64,000 nt of DNA, taken from Phoronis australis. Its lineage: Eukaryota > Animalia > Phoronida. Position numbers and translations under genes: made by a program. How positions within the stretch are numbered: the stretch's first letter is position 1; each line of letters begins with the position of its first letter. Location: the NCBI GenBank assembly GCA_002633005.1, contig NMRA01000077.1:310001-374000 (forward strand). The letters are read 5' to 3'. Below the pieces are notes generated by a model. It made no database searches, was not told the DNA's origin, and saw only the letters and a list, made by a program, of their open reading frames with translations. Positions 42,601 through 54,600 of the stretch are shown here, one piece after another.

Positions 42601-45600
42601 TNTAATTATAGAATAGAGTCTCTACCTAACTTTCTGTCTTTCCCCCATAATGAAGAGCTACTCTGACAGTCAGGATGGGAAATTCTGCATCATTTGTTCA
42701 CAATGCTCTTGTCATGTACTGTATGATTGTGAATTCCACAAATGGCTTGCTTATTTAAGGAAATGTTGTTGTCACGTTTTTCCCCGTGTGTGGGTGGGCG
42801 CAGGTTGTTACAGACAGGTGCTAATAGCTTTCGGTACGACGATTAACTGAAGACTGGTCCGAGTTAATCCTTTACTAATCCCGACCGTACGTTCACAAGC
42901 CTAGTACTCAAACAAAACGTCCGACGTAATGTCTCTTTATGCTCCAGCCAGTGTTGCGAAGCCTTGACTTGTGTTGAACTTCTGAGACACGTTCAGCAAC
43001 TGTTACACTCGTTGATTCAATAATCTGCTGTCTCTATAGCTGGCTCTCTATTGACTATCGCTGTAACTGCTGATTCTCTCCACTGCAACTCAACTGTAAT
43101 TCTCCTGATTAACTTTCTTGAACTGACTTGATCTCTCTTGAACTGACTTGATCTGACTAACACAAACCCGTGCTTGTGTATTTATAGCCTAATGCATTGT
43201 TCTGGAACTTTACAGCAATTCAAGCACATTCTAGAATTTTCCTGAATCTACCCAATCATTCTACAAACATATACTAGTCTCTAGAATATTCCAGACTGTA
43301 TTAATCACTGTCATGCTAGAGTCTTCTAGAAAGTTCCACACTATACTGCAGTAAACAAATTACATCATCACTACTGAACTCAGTCTACTAGAAAGTTTCA
43401 TACTATTCTGCAGTAAACAAATTACATCATCATTGTACTTAACTCAGGCCGGGTCATGCCAATCAAACAGAATAACAAAACAATACAACTAAAAATACTG
43501 TCAGACTATATTCTAACAGTTGTTGTATGTTTCTTTAACACCTGCATATGTACTCTTTGGGCACCAATTTGATGCTTTGTAGTGATTATGAGGCATGAGC
43601 TCAGTTGAACCTAAAAACAGAAGTAAATAAATATAAATGAGATTATATAAAAGGACGCACAAAATTAATGTTAAAAATTGTGTGTGGGTATTTTGCCTAC
43701 AGGAAATGTGTACTGTCATGTACACCAGGTATAAAATGCTAAACAGCTGGTACAGTTTGAATCTATAATTTGTGAGTATACATAGAAAATGTAACCTCAG
43801 CCATCATAGATGCATTGTGGGAAAAACTTACTGTTAACATGTGAGCAACAGTTAATGAAATTACAAATTGACTTAGTTGGACATTTTGTATCTAGACACA
43901 AAGGTCAGTTATTTATTATACTCTTTACTGAACTGTATGTCTCTCTTCTACATTTTGCATTTGAGAATGAGCTAATCGTCGCTTAACATATTTCAGCTCA
44001 AGGAGAAAACGTCTGCCAATTGTAAGAAGCTGATTGAAGTTTTTAAAGTTTGCCTGGACCAACACCAAGACCTGTCACGGTTTGTTGAGGAGTGCATGAC
44101 TGATGCCTGCACCCAGCCTAGCAGTAACGCCATCTATTGTCAGACAATTTACTCACTTGCAGAGGAATGCGCAAAAGCAGGCTCGCCAGTCAAGTGGAGA
44201 AGCAGCTTTGAACGTTTTTGCCGTATGTGTTGCTCATTTTAAGAACACTTTATATGTGATAAAATAATATGAAAGCCTGGGGCTGTTTTCTGAACAATGC
44301 AGTGGTGAAAATTTGTGTAACTTGATGAAATTGATTTTCTTGAATTGACAGCAAACTCGCTATTGAGGTACATATCATTAGCAAGAATGGTTGACTAATC
44401 TGTTTACAACTCGATAAGTGATTTTAGGTTGAGTCATAATTTTGTCTTTCGTTTCGCTATTGAAACCATGCTTGTAATGCAACTGTTACAAATGAGCAGT
44501 ACTGTATGCAGATGAGATATGATTAGATATGGAATTGGTGTATTCTTTGAGATTTTTAGTTCTTTGTTAAAATGAGATTTCATTATTTTTTGGAAAAAAT
44601 AGTGTGGAGCATTAACAAATTTCTGACTGTATTTAAGTCACTTTTGATTTATTGAAACAAGACCTAGGTCTGCTGAATGGCTACTCTAACAGATGTAAAA
44701 ATGTGCACAAATCTTTTATTTTTATTAGGTTAAACAAAATCCGGAATGTTTTTGAAAATTGTCATAAGTGTACTGGAGTTTTATTTTGGAGAAGTTATTA
44801 TAGCGAGCTTAAGTTAAATGTTTTGTTTATATGTTAGCGTCATTGCAGGGTAATCAATCACACACTGTTTCTGTGGAATGTTGAATGCATTTACTGAATG
44901 GCATGATTTCAACATTTTCATAAATCTTTTCAACAGCATCTCGTGCTTGCATTGGTGGTGCCACCTACCAGGACAGTGCGTCGGTGTGTGGTCGTACCTG
45001 TCGTGACCTGAGTGATGATGACTGTGAGTCAGTGTCAGTGTCCGGCTGTGTGTGTCCAGAAGGTCAGTTTATGGACGAAGTGAAGAAACAGTGTGTGAAG
45101 GCAGCACATTGCTCATGCTACGGGTTTGAGAAGGAGCCCAAAGGCTACGCAGCAGGAACAAAGATTATGCATGACTGCAGAGAATGGTGGGTGAAGGGCA
45201 TGTGCACTAATGAATATTTCAGTTTATATCGTAATGCGGTGTTTAATGCCATCAAATTATTTTGGGTTTCATGAAGGACATTCAACTGCAAACTTTGGAC
45301 TTTGTTTTGGCTAATATTCACGGTTTATGCAAGAACAGGCCAGCTATTGTCTTATTCAACTGTAGCTTACAAAATTGCTGTGAAACAGAAAAATACATTT
45401 ATTGCAAGAATGGTTAATATGCAGAATTTAGAATCAAATGTTTCTAATCCGATGTATATGATACACAGAACATTTGAATTACTATGTACTATGTGAATGA
45501 GCTGTTGAACCTATTGAAAATTTTGCTGGATACTTGGTGCTTTATTAAATTTTGTTGTTTAATGATTACACTTTGATATGAAAAATAAGTTAAACATGAA

Positions 45601-48600
45601 TTGTAAGTTTGAACGTGCCATAAAGCAACTTGCCTTGCGGTAGCGACCAATTTATCCGAGGAATGTGTTGATTCTTATGCAAAATTAGAATCCGTAAATG
45701 AATTCTTTTTCTTGTGGCTAGTTCTTCAGAGCTCAGATTACTGAAAGAGGTGAATTATTAAAGTGATCACTGTTAAGGTAACATATTCTTGTTTTTTAGA
45801 CTTTTCACTTACCAATGAATCTAACATCTATCCTTTGCAGCACATGTGTTGACGGTAAATTTGAATGTGGCAAGAAGGACTGTTCCCAGATGTACAAATG
45901 TCCAGAAAACATGGTATACAGTAGCACGCGCTGCTTAGACACATGCGAAAACCCTGACCAGTCATGTGATCAACCCGAGGAAGGTTGCGTGTGCCCTGAA
46001 GGAATGGTCAAAAGTCCGTCTAACGTGAGTGACTTGCTAACTATTATTCTTGAATGAAAACACTATTTTAGTACAACAGTCCTTGTTTGGCTAGCAAAAC
46101 GGACAGTAGGTACTAAAATGTAAATATTTCTGAGAGTAAACAGGCTTATGTTTTGGGTCTATTTTTTAGTCTTAAAGCTGAGATTCCAGTCACACCAAGA
46201 CAGATTTGATTACTATGTCAAAAATTGAAGGAAACGAGTTGGAATCAACTAGTTGTTGTAGAATGAGTAAGAACACTGTAAATCGTTTTGCGCTGAAAGC
46301 ATTTTTAGCCCAAAGTTGCTCCTTTCAACTTCTCACTATCCCATTTCATTATTCTGAGACTAAGCTTGACTGAGCTTGGTATTGCTGGGTTTTAATTTGT
46401 GACTGTCACAGTCACAAATTAAAACCCAGCAATACTAAAGTTTAGTAACAGTAAAGTCAATTCAAATAGTCATGGGCGGCGCAGCACTGAGAAAAGTGGG
46501 GGCTAAAGCCCCCTCAGCCCCGCTGTGGTGCAACGCCTATAGACCATGTGCAGCATAGCACTGAAAAAGGTGGGGGGGGGCTATAGCTCCCCCAGCCCCC
46601 TATGGTGCACCGCCCATGAGAGTGTGATGAAATTGCTCAATTTAGGACAGTGAATTACATAATTCAACTAACAATGACTAAATCCTTCAGCTGTGTTTAA
46701 ATTTGAAATATGTGTGCCGGCTATTTTCCAGGATGAGTGCATAAAACGGGATCAGTGTCCCTGCCGGTTCCAACATAAGACGTACGCCGTTGGCCAGACC
46801 ATCAAAAACCTGTGTCATACTTAGTAAGTACGGTTTTCATGAGGCATGATTTTGACTCGTACCGGAAATGTGTGTCAAGAAAGATTTTAGAGCTTTTGGT
46901 TATGATTTCATTGGCAAGATTAACTTAGAGAGATATTCACTAGGGACATATTCTGCAAGAAACTGAGTGTCTGATTTAAAAATTTTAATTGGGTGGTTGA
47001 TTTATTTAACAACTATCTGCAAAATAATTTAATACCTTGCAATACAATACAGTACAATACAATACAACACAATGCAACACACTAAGAAGACATACATTCA
47101 AACATATAAAACTATAATCATGATAAAATAAAAATTAAATTAAGAAGCACAATCGATGTACGGATAACATAAAAAAGTTAAAAATTTATTCCCATTGCGG
47201 AGTAAGCATGTAATGTGGAACGCAGCAATGGTGATTATCTGCCAACTCTATTTGGTCTCAGACAAGCTAAATACAGATGAGCAATAAACAATCCTCACGT
47301 CATCAAATCTCCCATTGACTGAGCTCAATACAACTTCAGAGAATAGTCGCTAGTCTGACAAAGTTTAGTTTGTGGCTGCACTTAGTTACTGACCAATTGG
47401 AGTAGTTCATCTTTGTGCAAATTTTACTGAAATGGGAAAAATGTAAGGTTAAATGATCAGTGTGGGGACTATGTTGCAGCTTGACTCTCTTTTCTTAATG
47501 CTTCCCACTGTGATGTGTATATTGTACCTTGCTTGTTTTTGAGCTTTTTGTGATGTATTGTAAATGCCAGCATTTTTCCGTTCCTTGTTTGAACATGAGA
47601 CATAATACTTCTAAAAATATAGTAATCTTTTTGTACCTTGTTATAGTGATGTTTTTTAATAGTGAGGGTGCTCTGGAAATGGATCCAGATACAGTGAATT
47701 TGAATGAGTTTGTGAAAAACAATGCAGCTATGTTCAGCCTGAATGAAGGATTGCTGTTAAATCCCTCTCATATTTAACCACAACCTTTTCTTTAATATTG
47801 TTTCTTATATTCAAACTTCACTGTTTCAGTGAGTGCATTGCTGGCCACTGGTCTCGGTTGCCTGGGGAACCTAGTGAAACCTGTAATGGCGAGTGTCACT
47901 TGATTGGTGACTCCAACATGAAAACTTTCGATGGTCGTCATTATTCATTTATGGGAGTCTGTGGCTACACGCTAGTGGAGTCAACTGATGGTAAACTGCA
48001 CATAACAGCTGAGAATATCCCCTGCGGAACTTCAGGAATTTCTTGTACCAAGGATATCAATTTAAGATTTGGTGCCACGACTATTAAATTGACTGGAGGT
48101 CGGCTGCCATTATTAAACGGCCAGTCAGTGGATGAGTATGACTCAAAAACGGTCAAGATTTTGAAAGTCGGCAACAACAACATGTACGCCATTCGCATTG
48201 TAGGAGTTTGTGAGCTCATCTGGGACAAAGGTAAGTTTTCATTTTCACATAATAATCGAGCGTTAGAACTAGTTTGATTTGATTTTGGAATGATTTAGAA
48301 GTTCAGCACTACCAACATGTTTTCCACAATATGAAGAGGTGGACCATTTGGCAAAAATATCCTTTACATGAAGTGTGTTCACAATGTTTACCAAAATTCC
48401 AAGTTGACTCTGAGCCCCCCATTTTCAGAGATGAGAGTCTACTTGAGTCTCAACTCCAAGTACCAAGATAAAGTGAAGGGCCTGTGTGGTAACTTCAATG
48501 GTGATAAGTCAGACGACTTAAAGAACAACCAAGGAATATTGGAAACTAGTGTTTCTTTTATGATCGACTCGTACAAATTACGTGAAACGTGCCCTCCGTC

Positions 48601-51600
48601 AACATCCACTGACGTTGTGCTGGATCCCACTAACGTGTGTGGTGAGGTGAGTCTTCTGTTTATTGCGTTAGTTGTTGGACCTAAGTTTTATAAATAAGAC
48701 TACTAAAATTTAAATGAAAATGAACTATTTGTTGTGTGTTATGCATATAAACTAATCATGATCTTTGATCCCGGTACAAAGAATCTCCAAGGCTGCATGT
48801 TCATGCGTTCTCTGACAATAATTGCAGAAAAAATTAATCAGTATTTGAAGCACAGGCACTAATATTTAAATGCCAATGACCACAACATGTTTGTGGGAAA
48901 TATTCTAATAAACACTTTGTGAAAATTCACCAATTTTTGTCTAGTTTAATTTCAAGCAGTTCAAAATCAGTGGTAAAAAAACGAGGATTCAGCAACTTTA
49001 AGTGAGGGGGACCTAGGGAAGAGCACTGTCTTGGGCTCACCTCAATTAGGCCACCAATATAAAATTAAAGCACCACATCCTAAAATTGTACTAATTTTCA
49101 TCAAATTGACTCCCTTCTGTGAAGTTTAAGCTTATTGTTGAGTCATATCAAAAGCCACTACTAAACCCTTTGAGTGCTGTAAGCCATGAATTGCTTAATG
49201 ATAAACCTGTGGTCATCTCTTCTCAGCCTTCATGTGGAGAATTTCTCACTTACACTGGTTACTGCTCTGATTCCCTTAGCCCCAGACAACTTTTAGGATG
49301 GGTATTCAGCACGCCCTTTGTACTGATGTAGATCTGAGCTAATGAAGTGGAAAGTGTAAGCAAGCACTACTTTCTTAACAATGGTGGTCATTATTACACC
49401 CAAATTGTTTTTCTCTGGCATTTGCACAGAGTTAAAGCCTGCAATGTGGAGAGTAGTTTTAACTTAGTTAATTTTAAATATTGCAAAAAGACTAATTTAA
49501 CGTTAATTTGCGTTGATCTTGACAAACAACCATTTCCCAACGGAACATTGATTTTAAATATGTTTTGCACCTGTTTTCATTACTTTATATTCAAATCTCC
49601 TGTCTACTTTTTTCTTACTGGTTAGGGTTGCTATCTTTTTATTTTCTTTTTAAAAAAGTATCAAAACAACTTAGAAGTCAGTTAATTGTAAACCCATCCC
49701 TGACTTTTTCAGATTATAGCTACACCAAACATGTCACAGCAAACAAAATTAAACATGTCATTACTTCAAGTTCAATGTTTATTAGAACTCAAATCATAAA
49801 ATATATACAAAAGTGCAAATATGGTGGTAGCTAAACTGAAGATTTAGAGCCTGTGGACAATTTTGGTTGCAGTAACAACATAACTATTCTAACTTTTCCT
49901 CAGTCATAAAAAATGAAATCACGGCTCTTGCCCACTGACCAACCCCATCCACTGCTTGCACTCTCTCGTTGACTACAATGCTAGCCATGTCTTTATACGC
50001 GTTCCATTACAACTACAATCTAACTATTCGAAATTGCCGCATTTCCGCAAATATCAGTGATCCGGTTAGTGCACTACTCGAGTAAAGTAGTTTGGCATGC
50101 CCTGGACCATAAGCGATGTTTTAAAAGTTATTGACATCTAATTTAGTCATTGTGTGTTGTTTGTAGATGTTTCAATGTAGCTTAGCTGTATATTAAAAGA
50201 ATAATCCACGTGATATTGTTAACTCTGACCAGTGTTTGTAAATCCAACGAGTATATCAACACCCACTGTCGTTTATCTTCAATCGTACCCAATGTTCGTA
50301 GTTTTTAGCTTAATAGTTCATCGATTTTTAAAAATCGAAAACCTAACATGGTTGTTTTTTCCATCTGAATACTGCTGTGGTATTTGTTTTTAACGAAAAC
50401 TGTTGGTTAATCCATTTTGAAAATTCGGCAGTATGTACAGGCAGAGATAGAGATGTTTACTACAGTTTATGGCCGGGTAATTACACTTAGTTGGGTCTTG
50501 CTCGCACCGAACAATGCGGTCATCGCAACTGAGTCCGACTATAGTGCCGTGCTCTCTTTGATCTTGGTAAATTTAGAGAAAACGAAACGTTGTGGAATTT
50601 AAGTGAGGGGGCATACTTTCAAGTAATGAAAGGTGAGTTTTTGGCGATAACAAAGTAGACACCAAATCGTACTACAAGTACCTAGGAGTCACATTCTCCT
50701 GCAGACTTAAATGGACAGAGTGTTGTAGAGTACTTGCAAGCCAGGCTTGAAAAGCAATTAACGTTATTAAAGCCACGCTGTCAAAACTTAACTGTATTTC
50801 CCATAGAGTGCATTTTAAACTCTTTGACTCTATGATAATGCCCGTATATGGGGAACATCAATGTGTGAATCTATTGAAAAAGGAAAAGCGTGACTTTTGT
50901 GTAAGCGCATTATTCACGGCATATTTCATGTGTTAGAGGTTGCTATGTCAGCTGGATCAATTCGGTCTTTGTCATTCAACTGATGTCGTCAACGTTACCT
51001 AAATGTACTTATACGATTACGTGAACTGACTGTCGCTGTCATGAGACTGGGTAAATGGGAGATGGTTATGGTTTAGTAATGGGACGGTATAAACTGAAAA
51101 AATTACAAATTTGTTGCCAGAAGAGCAAGTGCTTGTTTTAATTGTTAAAGTAAACTACCTATGTGTTCACAGTAATTGGTTGCTTATTTACCAGTGAACC
51201 ACTTCCATAACATATTTGTAGGACAAGCTGAAACACCGGTCTAAGTGGGCAGAGGAGAGTTGTAAAATTATCCTTTCTGGAAACCTGTTCAAGGCTTGTA
51301 GAGATGCTATGGACAGTCCAGACGCAGTTGACAGGGCCTACAAAACATGTCTGAGAGATTCTTGCAGGTAAAGGGTTGTTGTGACTTGTTTAAAGCCACT
51401 ATTACTGTGTTCTGGTGTTAACATTTTGGGTTTGGAGGGTGTAACTAGACCACAAATTAGAATTAATGATGGTAATCAGTTAGCGTCAGGTCTGGTCTGT
51501 AGAATGTAAAAATAGGGATGCCAACTCTGTATAAAAATGTGCCTTAGGGGTATCTAAACAAAACAGACTGGTTTCTAAACATGGTATTAAATGCATTTAG

Positions 51601-54600
51601 TGGTGACTGGTGCTTGACTGTACTTTATATTTATTCTTTGAAGGTGTGATCAAGGAGGTGACTGTTCATGCAAGTGTACAGCAATCGCTGACTTTGCTCG
51701 TGAGTGCGCCAAAATTGCCAAGCCTGTCCGCTGGAGGACCCAACATTTATGCCGTAAGTGACATGCATTCTCTACCTATGACGACCTCAGACTCTCAACT
51801 GAAGGAGTCATGGCTTCAATCCTTCACTGATGCATTCATGTAGTTTGTCCTTGAGCAAGCCACTTAATTTGATGTAAGTCACGTCTTTGCCCCGTGTTTG
51901 GGTGGGCGCAGGTGGTTACCGACTGGTTCTATTAGCTTTCGGTGCGACAATAGACTGAAGACTGGTTCAGGATAATCGGTTTATTAATCTTTACCGTTCA
52001 TTCACAAGACTACTCAAACAAAACGTCTGACGTAATGTCTGCTTTATGCTCCAACCAGCCTGAGTGCTGTGAAGCCTTGACATTACGTACCATTCTCCTG
52101 GAGTGTAAAAATCAAAAAATTTCCACTATCACCATCTAATCTAGAATTACGCTCGATTAAACTTGTCAAGCAAGCCATTTGTGTTGGTGCGCAATGCTGT
52201 GATTAAGCTGGTTAGAGCTTAAAGTCCCACTAAGGAATCAACAGGTGAAAGCTAAATCTTAATTTCTCTGAAAGTCAACTGTTTTTCCCCATTCGAAGTT
52301 TTTGGTAAAAGTATTTCTTACAAAACACATTTGATTCACAACAGTAGTTGAAAGTCGTTTGCAAATAGTATTTTTAAATATCAGTTAGCGTCAAGCGCGT
52401 TGTTTACAACATAATTGCTGGATTATGTGACCTTCAGATGAAAGCAGATATGGTTTGTCACCGTCAAACTGATAACGGTTGTATCTGCTGTCTTTGTAGC
52501 TGGCTCTCTATTGACTATCATTGTATCTGCTGATTGTCTTCTCTGCAACTCAACTGTAACTCTCGTTATTGACTTTAACTGACTTTTAACTAACTGTCTC
52601 AAACCCGAGCCTGAGTATTTATAGTCACTTACAATGTTTTAGGACTTTTCACCATTTCAAGCACATTCTAGAACTTTCCAGAATCTACCCAGGCAATCAT
52701 ACTACAAAATCTGTCAAGTCGCCATCAGCACCTTCAAACACTTTTTGTAATCTTCCAATTTTTGCAGCCATGCAGTGTGACGGTGGGTCCATGTATATGA
52801 AGTGTGGTCCTGGCGCTGGCTGTAGTCAGACGTGCAGGAACATTGGTGACGAGAAAGACCCTGCATGTAGCTCCACCTGTGAGGAGGGCTGCTTCTGTCC
52901 AGAGGGATATGTGCTGCAAGGTAAGAGTGAGGCAATGGCCATCAGAGTTAATGATACCGGTAATCAGGGTTCATAAAATATAAATATCTGAAAAGTAGCA
53001 GGGATTCCCTTGGGTTAGTCACCCTCACTAAGAAATCATGTCCATGCCATTCTGACAGCATGGTGTGAAGGGCCTCTGTTCAATATTTATTAAGAATGAG
53101 TAAACTCAAGGAGTTTTAAGTCCATAAAAGATTTCATTTTGACTCGTCTGTTCTTAATGTTCTTGTGATTATGGTTGCTGAAAATGTTACTGTTCTACCA
53201 CCAGGTGGCGAGTGTGTGCCAGCCACAGACTGCCCATGCTATCATGATAAGAAGGAATATCCAGAAGGAATGGTCATCACAAACAACTGCCAACAGTGGT
53301 GAGCATGTCAGACATCCTTGCGTGCTTCAGTCTTAGCAAAAGCTGCTATGCACTACCCTCTAAAAATAATTTTATTTAGATCACTTAATATCATTTTATT
53401 TATCAAAGTTACCTCAGTCTCCATATTGTATTCCTGACTTTTTTAACCTTGCAACCCCAAGGCTTGTTACTCTTGAATTGTTGCGTGAAAATGGTAGATG
53501 TTCCCATGGAAACATGTCATTGTTGAAACAATTTCTTGGTTGTATTCCAACAATGATCAAGAAATTGGGGGCAATTACATTTTTTTAAAGAAATTGGTTG
53601 CTGAACATAGCCAACATTTTGGTCAATTCTTATAAAACTTGCGAATAATCTCACTTACAAACTTTGGGTTTTTTCCTAGAAGTAATTGATGTCTGTTCCT
53701 GGTTGTGGCTGTGTGACAGTGGATATCTTACTTTCAAAAACGCGTAACTTGATGTGAGCATGGCACTCCAAATTAAATAAATTTTGTATTGCTAATAATG
53801 GCAAAATGGCTTCAAATGAGATCTGAACTTGCTATTAGTAGAACAGAGTACTCAAATGAAAATTATTGTCTTACTGACAAGATTATTTATATCAGTTAAT
53901 AAAAAGGTTATTAATAAAGGAAGCAAGTAAAAATATATGCATTATTATTTAACTTTAATGTCTTTTGAATTGACTTTGCACATTTTTACGTTTTAGATTT
54001 TCCAATAGCGTTTTCATTCTCTAAAACTTAGTCATTTGTTATGTTTGTTCCAACAGCAAGTGCACCAGTGGTCAGTTTGTGTGCACAGGTGTTTCCTGTC
54101 CACCACTCACCTGTACAGCCACACAGTTTATGTGTGCCAACAAGAAGCAGTGTATTCCTCTGGAGCATAAGTGCAATGGTGAGGTGGACTGTGACGACAC
54201 TTCAGATGAAGTGGGTTGTGGTAAGTTATATTATGTGTGCTATACTAGTGTAGAGTTCATCAACTTAATGTTTTGTTTCATGTGACATGACTGCGTGGCC
54301 TGCTATATTCAGCTGGGAGCTTGGAAATCTGGATTCAATGAACTTAGGTTAGCTGGTGATGACATCTGACATGGGAATAGTTATGAGAAGGTATAAAATC
54401 GCCTGACTTTTTGGGTACGTAAGAAGAGACCCTGATTTTTCACGATTCGTAGCAAAAGCAGACTGAATTTATGGATTTTGATTGTTCAGACTTGATTAAC
54501 GTACTTCATTTGTAGATTCTATAAATTCTAAAACTTTAATTGCCTAAAATTATTAATGTAATCTACCAAATTCGTTACCTGTTACTGATTCTGACCACAA

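Larger units (their letters stand above)
41343..44249. repeat. Tandem duplication containing the second C8 exon (41343-42601 / 42603-44249), joined at a single N
   Basis: The copies are near-identical; copy 2 is longer by two indels (~95 and ~300 bp). The junction is exactly at n42602. Confidence 0.95.

Noticed and set aside
48997-50611. 14-bp direct repeat tttaagtgaggggg as a possible TSD
   Set aside because: The right copy overlaps the LINE RT coding fragment and no element termini lie between the repeats; probably chance.
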